Below are positions 38,974-48,227 of a DNA stretch of 64,000 nt, one piece after another. Under the pieces are notes generated by a model. It saw only the letters and a program-made list of their open reading frames with translations, ran no database searches and was not told where the DNA came from. The first letter of the stretch is position 1; each line of letters opens with the position of its first letter. A program made the translations under genes and the position numbers. Source of the DNA: Candidatus Multivoradales bacterium. Its GTDB lineage: Bacteria > Acidobacteriota > Thermoanaerobaculia > Multivoradales > Multivoraceae. Location: NCBI GenBank assembly GCA_965223325.1, contig CBDCWI010000002.1, positions 3,936,001-4,000,000 of the forward strand, read 5' to 3'.

Positions 38974-40169
38974 GTCAGTCCTCCGGTGACGTCTCGAGGT
39001 TTCGACTCGCTGGCTGCGGCGCTCCGGGCCGGTGGGCGACCCAACAGCGCTCTCGAGATGCTCCGTATGAGTTGTGGCGCAAAGCGCAGCAGGCCTGCGG
39101 TGAAGCCAAGGCCATACCCCACGTGCATGGCGGCGAACGCGCAGCAGAGCAGCGCGACGAGAGCGGGGGTTGAAGAGCCCTCCGTAGCGACAACCTCTGA
39201 CTCCTGATCGGTGACATCGGTGGTCCTTCTTCGGCGTCTCCACGCAACGTGAATGGCAGCCAACAGGCTGGCGCCAAGGTAGGACAGGACGATGGCCAGA
39301 AGAACACGCGGCTCGATGGGAAGCAGGCAAAGCCCGACGAGCAACGACATGACGAATGCGGCCGGCACGAATTGGCGCGCGCTCATCTGGCGGGGGTGCT
39401 TCTTCAGAACGCGGACCTTGAACCATCCGTACTGAAGGTACTGACGGAAGAGACGACCCATCGAAGGCCGCGACCAGTACCGTGACTTCAGGTCGGGGTG
39501 CAAGACGATGCGCTCGCCCAGCTTGCGCAAGCGGTAGTTGTACTCGTCGTCTTGATTGCGTACCAGCGTTTCGTCGAAAGGACCGGCGCGTTCGAGGGCG
39601 CGGCGGCGATAGGCTGGAAAGGCGACGGTGTCGACCTCTCGAGGTCCCAGCGCCCGGTCGCCAGGCTCTGCAACGCGAAACGCCGAGCCGCCAACGCCGA
39701 AGTGCGAGGCCATGGCGAGAGAGATCGCAGTTGGGGTCAGCCCGGGCTGACCACTGGCATCATGTGCGATCGTCTCCATCGCTCCGCCGACGCCGGCGGC
39801 GTTCGAGTGCTCGAGAAAGTCGACCGCCTTCGCGATGTAGTCCGGTGCGATGACACAATGGCCATCGACGCGCACGACGTAGGCGCCGCGTGCTCTGTCG
39901 ATGGCGGTGTTCCAGCCGGTCGGGACGATTCCCGGCGGGTTGTCGAGAATGTGCACGCGGTCGCTCGCCTCCGCCTTGCGAGCGGCGGCGAGAATGCGCG
40001 GGCGCGTGGCATCTGTCGACATCCCGTCGGCAATCAGGATCTCGACCCGATCGCGGGGATAGGTCTGTTCGAGAACCGCACCAAGGCTTCGCTCGATGAA
40101 GTCCGCCTCGTTGCGAATCGGCATGATGACGCTGACGAAGGGCACGTCGGTGCCGGTTGCTTCGCTCAT
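38970..40169 (-). CDS. GT2 glycosyltransferase (ExoA-like)
   Basis: VSVIMPIRNE, ADGMSTD, VRVDGH, VDTV, RNQDDEYNYRLR, QYLQYG; C-terminal TMs. Confidence 0.92.
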   Translation of the reverse strand: MSEATGTDVPFVSVIMPIRNEADFIERSLGAVLEQTYPRDRVEILIADGMSTDATRPRILAAARKAEASDRVHILDNPPGIVPTGWNTAIDRARGAYVVRVDGHCVIAPDYIAKAVDFLEHSNAAGVGGAMETIAHDASGQPGLTPTAISLAMASHFGVGGSAFRVAEPGDRALGPREVDTVAFPAYRRRALERAGPFDETLVRNQDDEYNYRLRKLGERIVLHPDLKSRYWSRPSMGRLFRQYLQYGWFKVRVLKKHPRQMSARQFVPAAFVMSLLVGLCLLPIEPRVLLAIVLSYLGASLLAAIHVAWRRRRRTTDVTDQESEVVATEGSSTPALVALLCCAFAAMHVGYGLGFTAGLLRFAPQLIRSISRALLGRPPARSAAASESKPRDVTGGLT

Positions 40170-41581
40170 CGTGAGGCGGCCTTCCGCTGGAGCGGTCTGG
40201 GGAGTTGACGCCACTCAATGGCGCACAGAGCGAAGAGAATGCTGATGGCGGCGATGCGCATGCCGGCGTGCATCATCGTTGCCAGAGACCAGGCGCAGAA
40301 CGTGAGGATGAAGGAACGCGTCATGATCGAAGGCGCCACGAGCCAGCGCGTTGCAATCGTGCCGAGGAGAATCAGAAGAGCCAGGACTCCGAAGGCGCCA
40401 TGTTCTGCGAGCAGACGGGTGTACTCGGTGTGGGGAGCGACGAACCAACCGGTCTTGAGGAAGCGTTCGTAGGATGCGAGCCCGGCGCCGGTTCCGAGGA
40501 CAGGGTTCTCGAGGAAGAGCTCGACGTCCTGCGACGCGATCTCGGCTCGTCCTGTGCTGTTGAGCGATGTGAAGCGTTCCTCGAACGCGCCTCCGGTGAA
40601 CGAATCAAGAGCTGGAATGGCGACGAAGTAGGCGAGGGCGAACGCGAACGAGAAGAACGCCAGGAACAAGGCGCGCTGGCGCGGCCTCCTGAGGTAGTGG
40701 GCGGTGAGGACGGCCAGGCAGATGGCCAGGTTGAAGACCCCTCCTCGAGAAAAGGTCAGGACCGCTTGCAAGAGCAGGCCAAGGGCGATTCCCGAATAGA
40801 TGAGTCGTGCAGAAAGCACGCGGGTGCGCATGAAGAGAAGCAGGAAGACAAGGGTTCCCGCGCATAGAAGAGCCGACACCTGGTTGGGGCCGTAGCCGCC
40901 GCTGGCGGTGAAGTTGGCGGCGTTGCCGAACGAGAAGGAGCTGGCCGTCAACGTGCCCCGTGCTGCCACGGCGCCGGTTGTCGTCGCCGCGAGGCCGATG
41001 GCGAGTAGGAGCTTGTCGAAGTCGATCTCGTACGATGCGACGCCCGAGAAAAAGCACAGCCCGATCCCGAGCGTCAGCGGCCCCGACAGGTTGAAGCTCA
41101 AGGCGTCTTTCGCGTTGGCGAGGCTCAGTAGAGAGATCGTCACGATGGCTCCAGGCAGGAGCGCGAGTAGATAGGCGGTAGCCCAGGGTGCTGCGCTGCC
41201 CAGACGGGAGCGACGAAGGCCGGCGATCAGCATGATCGCGATGGAGGCGTACTTCCCGAACTCCCACAGAAGGCTGGCCTCGGTCATGCGCCAGAAGACG
41301 TCGAAGCAGCCGATGTAGACGACCATGGCGGTCAAGCGATCCGCTCGCCGGCTGGTGATCGCAAGGTAGAGGCCGTAGCTCAAGGCAACCAGCCCGTGGA
41401 CGGTAGAAACAACGCTCGCCAGATCGGCAGCCGCCCCGAGGATCACATGGAGTCCGATGAGGGCCATGATCTGGAAACGCGAGAGCCTCGCCGTCGGCAG
41501 ACCGTGGGCCGTCATGGGTAGCGGTCTGGTGTTTGGCTGCCTGCGCCAGGTTGTTGGCAGGGTTGTAGTGGTGACCGTCAT
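40166..41581 (-). CDS. O-antigen ligase/Wzy-family polymerase
   Basis: About 11 TMs; LTFSRGG, STGR, GTGAG, PHTEYTRLLAEHG; located inside the GT operon. Confidence 0.85.
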   Translation of the reverse strand: MTVTTTTLPTTWRRQPNTRPLPMTAHGLPTARLSRFQIMALIGLHVILGAAADLASVVSTVHGLVALSYGLYLAITSRRADRLTAMVVYIGCFDVFWRMTEASLLWEFGKYASIAIMLIAGLRRSRLGSAAPWATAYLLALLPGAIVTISLLSLANAKDALSFNLSGPLTLGIGLCFFSGVASYEIDFDKLLLAIGLAATTTGAVAARGTLTASSFSFGNAANFTASGGYGPNQVSALLCAGTLVFLLLFMRTRVLSARLIYSGIALGLLLQAVLTFSRGGVFNLAICLAVLTAHYLRRPRQRALFLAFFSFAFALAYFVAIPALDSFTGGAFEERFTSLNSTGRAEIASQDVELFLENPVLGTGAGLASYERFLKTGWFVAPHTEYTRLLAEHGAFGVLALLILLGTIATRWLVAPSIMTRSFILTFCAWSLATMMHAGMRIAAISILFALCAIEWRQLPRPLQRKAASR

Positions 41582-42885
41582 GCGGCGCGCTCCCGATCCT
41601 GCCGGTGTTCCTCGAGGGCCTGGCGGTAGAAGCGGTCGAAGCGTTCGGTCTGCTGATCGATCCTGAAGTGGTCGAGCACTCGCTGGCGGCCGGCCCGGCC
41701 GAACCGCACGCGGAGGTCACGCGCGTTGGCCAGTTTGTGCAGCTGGTTGGCGAGGGCCCGGGGATCTCGGCGCGGCACTACGAAACCGGTGACCCCGTCT
41801 TCGACGTTCTCTGCCAGGCCGGTGGCGTCGGTTGTCACCACCGGCAAACACATCGCCTGAGCCTCCAGAACCGCGTTGCAGAAGCCCTCGGAGACGGCGG
41901 TGTGGAGGAACACGTCGGCTCGGTCGAGGTGGTCCCTGGTCGACTCCGGTGATTGCCAGCCCAGCAGTCGCACCTGATCGCTCAGGCCGTATCGGTGCGC
42001 CTCGAAGGCGATCGCCTGGCGCTCGGGGCCATCACCAACGATTGACCACTGCACGTTCTGGCCTTTTCGCGCCAGTTCGGCGAGAGCCCGCACGCCATAG
42101 TGGTAGCCCTTCTTCCACACCAGTCGGCCAACCGAGACCAGGCGGAGACTCTGGTCGTCTGTCGTTTCCGACGGTCCAGAGGAGGGGGTGCGGGTGCCGG
42201 GCTTGAAGAACTCGGGGTCGATGGCCGGCGGGATCCTGTCTTTGACGAGGTCTGGAGGGCAGCCGCGTTGGCGCGCACGATGTGACAGCCCTTCGCCGAG
42301 TACATGAACGCGCGACAGGTGCGGCCAGACCTCGCGGTAGTGCTCGCGAAGGTCGGTCTCACCCTCGCGCAGGTCGAGACCGGCGTACTCGAGATCGAAG
42401 CCTCGGAAGCTGGCAGTGACGCAGATCCCCAGGAGGGCCCTCAAGTCGGCTCGGCCGCGGGCCTGTGCGCCAAACTCGAAGTGCACGATGTCCGGGCGCA
42501 AGGACATGACGGGCGCCTCGATCAGGAACGAACGCAGGGCCCCGCGTCGGTCCTCTTCAGAGCGGAGCCCGGCCCAGAACCGGTGCACTTGGCGAGGCTC
42601 TCGGAGCAAGGGGCCGAGCGCGGTGAAGATCGCTTTGAAACGGCCGATGCCGTGCCAGCTGGTGGCACTATGAATTCGACCCGCTACCCTGCGGTCGCGT
42701 AGAGCTGGTAGCGCATCGATGAGGTCGAAGTTGGCCTGGCGGCAGCAGACGTGTACGTCCCAGCCCAGATCGAGTAGGCCGGCGAAGCGACTGGCAATGA
42801 AGGTTTCCGAGCGCGAGGGAAACTCCTGGGTCAGCAGCAGGAGACGCCCTCTCTCGTCGGAGGATCGCTGTGGTCGAGCTTCCAT
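41578..42885 (-). CDS. GT4 glycosyltransferase (WcaL-like)
   Basis: FPSRSETFI, SVGRLVWKKG, VGDGP, EGFCNAVLEAQA. Confidence 0.92.
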   Translation of the reverse strand: MEARPQRSSDERGRLLLLTQEFPSRSETFIASRFAGLLDLGWDVHVCCRQANFDLIDALPALRDRRVAGRIHSATSWHGIGRFKAIFTALGPLLREPRQVHRFWAGLRSEEDRRGALRSFLIEAPVMSLRPDIVHFEFGAQARGRADLRALLGICVTASFRGFDLEYAGLDLREGETDLREHYREVWPHLSRVHVLGEGLSHRARQRGCPPDLVKDRIPPAIDPEFFKPGTRTPSSGPSETTDDQSLRLVSVGRLVWKKGYHYGVRALAELARKGQNVQWSIVGDGPERQAIAFEAHRYGLSDQVRLLGWQSPESTRDHLDRADVFLHTAVSEGFCNAVLEAQAMCLPVVTTDATGLAENVEDGVTGFVVPRRDPRALANQLHKLANARDLRVRFGRAGRQRVLDHFRIDQQTERFDRFYRQALEEHRQDRERAA

Positions 42886-42887
42886 GG

Positions 42888-44177
42888 TCAGCGGGCGCTC
42901 GCTCGAATCGGTTCGGCGACCGCTGCGTTTCGCGGAAGGTCCGGCGCGGGGCAGGTCGAGGCGGCGGAGAGCAGGAGGCCCTCGAAGTCGTCGAGCTGCT
43001 GGTCGAGCGAGAAACGCCGACAGATTGTCTGACGTGCCCTCGTGCCCAACGCCTGACGCAGTTGCGACGCGTCGGCGGCGCTGGTCAGCCGCAAGATCGC
43101 CTGGCCCATGGCGTCTGGATCGGCAGCCGGAACGAGCAGGCCATTGCTTTCGTGGTCGATCGCCTCAGCCGTGCCGTCGACATCGGTCGCAATGACGGGA
43201 AGTGCGCAGGCCATTGCCTCGAGCACGGCGTTCGAGATGCCTTCCGAAAGGCTCGCGTGCAAGAAGAGGTCAGCCGTCTGGAGGCGCGCCCGGATCTCCT
43301 CGACCGCGAGCTGTCCGGTGAGCCGGACGCGATCGGCGATCCCGAGATCGTGGGCGGCAAAGGCGATGCGTTGGCGATCCGGGCCCGCGCCGACAATCTC
43401 GAGCTCGACGTTGGCGCCCTGGTCGACGGCCTGGCTGAGGGCAACCAGAGCGTCCTCCCAGCCCTTTCGCCAGATCAGTGAACCCACGCCGACCAGCTTG
43501 TGTCGCTCAGACACCGGGTTCTCGCCGGCGGAAGGATCCCGAGGCTCGAAGAAGTGCGGATCGACTGCCGGAACGATGACCTGCGCCTTTTGAGGATCGA
43601 GGCCCAGCGTCTCCGCCGTCGTGAGCATGGCTTCTGAAACGCAGTGGACCCGCGAGGCGGCCCGGAAGGTGCGTTCCAGGGCTGCGGGAAGATGCGCCCG
43701 CTGGGGATCGTGGGGTGCGATCTGGACCTGTGAACCGCGGCAGCTGAGGACGACCGGGGTGGGCAGGAAGAAGACCGGTTCTCGTTGAATGGCACCTTCG
43801 TTCCAGGGGAAGTAGATGACGTCCCAACGTCTCGCCAGGAGTGGCAGAAGGCGACGAACTGCGGCCCGCCGATGGTCTGACGCCCAAGCCTGGCGGAGGA
43901 CCTGCCGGCCATGGTGCCCCCCTTTGATGAGCGCGCCGAAGAGCTGAGCTGCTGCGTGAACGGAGCGCCAATCGGTTGGCTGGGGAGCTAGCCTGAGGCT
44001 CGCGGGGAGTCGAGTACCAGGCGGTGCCGTCACCCACACTTCGTGTCCGCGGCCGGAAAGGCCCACCGCCAGCCTTTCCAGGAAGGTCGGCAGTGGAGGC
44101 GTGATCCCCGCAAAGACGACCCGCAGTTTCTTCGCGGGTGTTTCCTTTGGCGCAGCGGGGAGCGTTGTGCTGCTCAT
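42888..44177 (-). CDS. GT4 glycosyltransferase
   Basis: VGSLIWRKG, VGAGP, SLSEGISNAVLEAMA, TDVDG. Confidence 0.92.
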   Translation of the reverse strand: MSSTTLPAAPKETPAKKLRVVFAGITPPLPTFLERLAVGLSGRGHEVWVTAPPGTRLPASLRLAPQPTDWRSVHAAAQLFGALIKGGHHGRQVLRQAWASDHRRAAVRRLLPLLARRWDVIYFPWNEGAIQREPVFFLPTPVVLSCRGSQVQIAPHDPQRAHLPAALERTFRAASRVHCVSEAMLTTAETLGLDPQKAQVIVPAVDPHFFEPRDPSAGENPVSERHKLVGVGSLIWRKGWEDALVALSQAVDQGANVELEIVGAGPDRQRIAFAAHDLGIADRVRLTGQLAVEEIRARLQTADLFLHASLSEGISNAVLEAMACALPVIATDVDGTAEAIDHESNGLLVPAADPDAMGQAILRLTSAADASQLRQALGTRARQTICRRFSLDQQLDDFEGLLLSAASTCPAPDLPRNAAVAEPIRASAR

Positions 44178-45991
44178 GAGACACTCGCCTTCGAATCGAG
44201 ATGCCGTAGCGCGACGGCCGTCGTGAGAAGTATTGAGACGGTCCTGCCGTTGGCGCCGGAGGGGTTGCTATAGAAGTCGTCGAGCAGTTGGCTGATTGCC
44301 CGGGCCGATGTCATCTCGGGAAGCGGTGAGTCGGGCCCCAGGAGCGTGTCCTCGAGCTCGGGACGATGGCCCAGGAGCTGGACCTCCCAGTTGCGGATGG
44401 GCGCAGTCGCTCCGATGTTGAGCCGACGTTTCAGCCAGCCGAGAGCGCGGCGTGGGACTTGCAGGTCGTTGAAGCGCCGGTAGCGATAGAGATCAGCGTC
44501 GTAGGCCTGCCAGCGGACCGCGGCCAGGTCGGGTGCATGCCGCTTGAGGTATTCGATCTGGAGCTTGCGTTGGGCGAGCAGGGCAGGCGGCATGACCATC
44601 AGTTGGTCGGTCACCCGACGGTCGTAGAACGGGGTGCGTGGCCATGCCGCGTTCTCGTAGGCGCGCAGGCCAGAGAGTGTCCAACGGAATGACCATTGCT
44701 CGGTCTTCCAGGCCTTCCGTCGTAGGTCGGTGTTACGGATGTACGCCAGGCGCGCGACTTCGTTCTCGAGCATTGCGCGGGTGCTGCCGGCGGGATCGAA
44801 GCCTGCCTCTTGCGGCAGCATGTGTTCGAGGAGCCAGTGGTGACCGGCCTTGGTGGTCTTCTTCAAGATCTCCGGTACGTCGGTTGAGAGGTCGCCGGTT
44901 GCGACCTGTCCCGAGCTTCCGGAAGAGTCGAGCCAGACGTCTCCCCAGTGTGCAGCGATCACGCGATCGCCGAGCTCGGAGAGCTCGCGAATCAGCAATG
45001 CCTGACGAACCTGCGTGATGTCGCTAAAGCCTTGGGTGCGCTCGTGAACCGCGTCGAGAGCGGGGCGCGAGGCAAGTAACCCAGCTGGCACCTGGAATAT
45101 GGAAAGGGGGTAGCCGCGCCTTGCAGCTAGCTGGCCGGCGATTCTCGTCTCGACCGAATGCGGACCCCAGCCGTAGCTGTAGCACCGAAGCCGATCGCCG
45201 GCGAAGTGCTCTCTTGGAATCGCGGCGAGGGTGGAGCGTGAGTCGAGGCCGCCTGAGATGGGAACCAGAGTGCGGCGGTCACGGGTCTCTTCCGTGAGGA
45301 CCTCACGGAAGGTCGCTGCGAAGATCTCGATAGCCGAGTCGAGGTCGAGCGTGCGATCAACGTCTTCGGGCCATTCGAAGTGGCGCCTGCTACTTTGGCC
45401 GTCGAGGCCGAAGCACTCCTCGCTACCCGGGCGAACGAGACGGACCTCCCGCGCCCAGGTCTTCGAGCCGCAGAAGAAGCCGAACTGGTAGAAGGAGGCG
45501 ATCGCTGGCCAGTCGAGTCTTATTGAACCCAATTCGGACACCGCGTCGTCGAAGCGTGTACTCAGGATGACCTTTCCGGCACATCGGCTGGCGTACGCGT
45601 GGATGGTGCCGAACGGATCGGTTGCGACTCGCACCGTGTTGGACTCATGATCGATGGCGACCGCCAGGAAGCGCCCCGTCCAGGTTCGTGGCACGCCATC
45701 GCCGATCGCAAACGCCGCCAGCTGTGTGGAGGCACAGTTGTGGTTCAAGGTGTCGGCGGCGTCGCCAAGTAGCCAACCTGAGACCCGCGCGGTCGCGAGT
45801 GCGATCGTCGGCGTGCCGGGGCGTTGCGCTTCCGCGTTCGCCACCTGGACCACGGGGGCTGCGCCGGATCTTTGGTCCCAGACAACGGTGAGCCTTTCGA
45901 GGCCGAATCGTTGGATGCTTGCGGCCCTCGGATCGCGAACCGCATCGCGAGTCTCTAGAGCCGGGGCGTCTGGGATCGATAGGTTGGTCAT
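44174..45991 (-). CDS. Asparagine synthetase-related ATP-dependent amide ligase without N-terminal catalytic Cys (lasso cyclase-like)
   Basis: ATDPFG remnant of the Ntn fold, PP-loop ISGGLDSR, HWGD, RTPFYD; no Cys at the N-terminus with either candidate start (45991 or 46105). Confidence 0.82.
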   Translation of the reverse strand: MTNLSIPDAPALETRDAVRDPRAASIQRFGLERLTVVWDQRSGAAPVVQVANAEAQRPGTPTIALATARVSGWLLGDAADTLNHNCASTQLAAFAIGDGVPRTWTGRFLAVAIDHESNTVRVATDPFGTIHAYASRCAGKVILSTRFDDAVSELGSIRLDWPAIASFYQFGFFCGSKTWAREVRLVRPGSEECFGLDGQSSRRHFEWPEDVDRTLDLDSAIEIFAATFREVLTEETRDRRTLVPISGGLDSRSTLAAIPREHFAGDRLRCYSYGWGPHSVETRIAGQLAARRGYPLSIFQVPAGLLASRPALDAVHERTQGFSDITQVRQALLIRELSELGDRVIAAHWGDVWLDSSGSSGQVATGDLSTDVPEILKKTTKAGHHWLLEHMLPQEAGFDPAGSTRAMLENEVARLAYIRNTDLRRKAWKTEQWSFRWTLSGLRAYENAAWPRTPFYDRRVTDQLMVMPPALLAQRKLQIEYLKRHAPDLAAVRWQAYDADLYRYRRFNDLQVPRRALGWLKRRLNIGATAPIRNWEVQLLGHRPELEDTLLGPDSPLPEMTSARAISQLLDDFYSNPSGANGRTVSILLTTAVALRHLDSKASVS

Positions 45992-46062
45992 GTGCTGCAC
46001 GCCGGAGACCGCTGGTCGAGGTGTCCTACAACCCGGCTCCGCCACATCGAGAGCCGCGCCCG

Positions 46063-47430
46063 TCAGCCGGTGCCGAGGATCTTCGCCACCCATCCGTCGA
46101 CCCACTCGTTGCGCTCGAGAGCGGGGAGGGCTCGTTTGAGGGTGCTCGCGGCACGAACTTCGTTGCCGGTTTCGAACAGCGCGATGGCGTAGTAGAAGAG
46201 GAGCTCCGGGTCGCGCTCGGGATCGCCGCCGCGCTCGACGTACGTCACCGTGTCTGCCCAGTGTGATCCGCGGTAGGCGAGTCGCGCCGTGAGGTGCTGG
46301 ACGGCTGATTCGCCTGGCTGTTGATCAGCTACCTGGCGTAGTTCCGTGAGGGTCGTGGCGATCTCTTCACGCGTCTTGGCCTGGACGAGGACTCGTCGGG
46401 CGTTGGCAACCACCGCTCGCTGCTCGGCCGTCAAACCCGCCGGGGGGATCTGACCCGTCTGAAGGTCGGCGACCGATGGCGTCGCGACATCGGCGCCGCC
46501 GGCCTCGACTGCGCTGACATCGGTGGTGGTTCGGGCGCCGCTCTCGGGAGAACTCTCTGGGTCCGCTCTGTTCTCGAGCTGGGCTGGAGCGGTTGACTGT
46601 GATGCGGCAACCTGGGGCGCCCGTGCCTCGTCCGCGGCCTGCTGTCGGGCAGCGCGCTCGGCAGCCTTCCTCTCTGCGCGTTCGCGGCGCTGGCGCTGGC
46701 GACGTTCCTTTCTCGTCTCAGGCGCTGGCTGCGGCACGTCCGCTAGGGCGCCTTCCGAAGGAGTCGTGCCCGTATGGGTCAGCTCAACGCCGCCTTCGGT
46801 CGCACTGGACTCCGACCCGGCGGTTTGGGGCGAAGCAACCTCGACGTCTTGCCCTCCCGCCGAGGATTCCTCTGCGACCTCGATCAAAGTCGCATCCTCA
46901 GGCTGCGACGCCTCGCTGGGCTTCTTCTTGCGGTCGCGCCTCTTCTTCTTCTTTCCGCCGGGTGCTTCTGGCGGCTCCTCTGCCAGATGAGCGAAGCCCT
47001 GGGTCGACGCCAGAAAACTCAAGGGCACGCGTTGTTTGATCGCGGTTTCGAATGCGCTTCGCGTTTCTTCCGGGATGTTTGCGGCGGTGTACGCGCCGAA
47101 CCGTTCCTCGGCGTCGAGCAGGCGGTCGAAGGCTCTCGAGAAGCCCGCTTCGTTACCTGCCCTCTTGTTGGCGACTGCCAGAAAGGTCAGACACTCGGCC
47201 AGCATTGGTGGCTCTTCCAGAAGTCCGAAACAGGCGATCTGGAACTCGGTGGCTGCCTCTTCGGGCTGTCCGCGCTCGAGGGCAAGCCGGCCGTCTCGCA
47301 GCCGTGCCATGTAGAAGGCATCGGCGGCAAAGGCCGGCAGCGCGGTCGACAACGCAACCACGACGGCGAGGAGACCCGCGTACTTCGGGGTGTGCCTGGC
47401 GAAAGGAGAACTGGGGCGCGGCGTCAGCAT
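46063..47430 (-). CDS. Exported TPR-like protein with long low-complexity, basic/acidic linker
   Basis: Signal peptide ...PAFA; helical N- and C-terminal domains (FQIACFGLLE, LFYYAIALFETG); linker containing GGKKKKRRDRKKKP. Confidence 0.7.
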   Translation of the reverse strand: MLTPRPSSPFARHTPKYAGLLAVVVALSTALPAFAADAFYMARLRDGRLALERGQPEEAATEFQIACFGLLEEPPMLAECLTFLAVANKRAGNEAGFSRAFDRLLDAEERFGAYTAANIPEETRSAFETAIKQRVPLSFLASTQGFAHLAEEPPEAPGGKKKKRRDRKKKPSEASQPEDATLIEVAEESSAGGQDVEVASPQTAGSESSATEGGVELTHTGTTPSEGALADVPQPAPETRKERRQRQRRERAERKAAERAARQQAADEARAPQVAASQSTAPAQLENRADPESSPESGARTTTDVSAVEAGGADVATPSVADLQTGQIPPAGLTAEQRAVVANARRVLVQAKTREEIATTLTELRQVADQQPGESAVQHLTARLAYRGSHWADTVTYVERGGDPERDPELLFYYAIALFETGNEVRAASTLKRALPALERNEWVDGWVAKILGTG

Positions 47431-47501
47431 GGTGGGATTCCCGGTGGCTCGGTCAGTTGGGTCAGTGAGGAGAAAGAAGTCGAGGACGAAAGCGTTGGTC
47501 T

Positions 47502-48227
47502 TCAGGCCGCAACGAGCGCCCGGTTCTCGAGGACCGCGGCAGGGTTGTGGAGCGTCAGGAGATCAGCCAGGTCGCGGTCACAGCGGGTTGTGATCTCGTC
47601 GTACGCCTGGGCGAGAAGTGGTGGCCGGTGTTCGATGTCGTGGCAGTCGCTGGCGACGAAGTGGACCAGGCCGGCGCGCAGCATGCGGTGAACAGACTCT
47701 GAAGGGCCTAGCCCGAAGTCGCCTACGACGCTCGTTGCCGTGACCTGCATCAGAGCGCCGAGGTCGATCAGGTCGGCCACGCGTCCGAGGTCGTGGGCGA
47801 GCCAGAGAAGGCACTCAGGATGGGCGATGATCGGTTGAATCCCAGCGAGCCTGAGTTCGTAGACTGCGTCTTCTGGCGTTGGGTGCTCAGCCGTTCGACC
47901 CCATTCGAGGAGCAAGTAGCGGGTGTCGGCTAGCCGGTTGACGCCCAGGTCGTCGAGCGAGGAGGCCAGGAGCAGTTCGTTGTCGATGCGTACCTCGCCC
48001 CCGAGCTCGAGCCGCAGCAGTTCACCAATCTCCTGCCTGAGCTCGGTGAGCTTTTCTTCGAGTTCGCCGCGGTCGGTGTTGTCGAAGTGCGGGTGGCGCT
48101 GGTGGGGGGTAGCCACCATCGCGGTGATCCCCTGCGCGGCCGCGTGTTGGCACAGCGCTACCGCCTCCTCGAGGGTTGCGGGGCCGTCGTCGACGTTCGG
48201 CAGGATGTGACAGTGCAGGTCGATCAT
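47502..48227 (-). CDS. CpsB/CapC PHP-family tyrosine phosphatase
   Basis: MIDLHCHILPNVDDG, ATPH, IAHPE, ASDCH; coupled to wzc. Confidence 0.93.
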   Translation of the reverse strand: MIDLHCHILPNVDDGPATLEEAVALCQHAAAQGITAMVATPHQRHPHFDNTDRGELEEKLTELRQEIGELLRLELGGEVRIDNELLLASSLDDLGVNRLADTRYLLLEWGRTAEHPTPEDAVYELRLAGIQPIIAHPECLLWLAHDLGRVADLIDLGALMQVTATSVVGDFGLGPSESVHRMLRAGLVHFVASDCHDIEHRPPLLAQAYDEITTRCDRDLADLLTLHNPAAVLENRALVAA

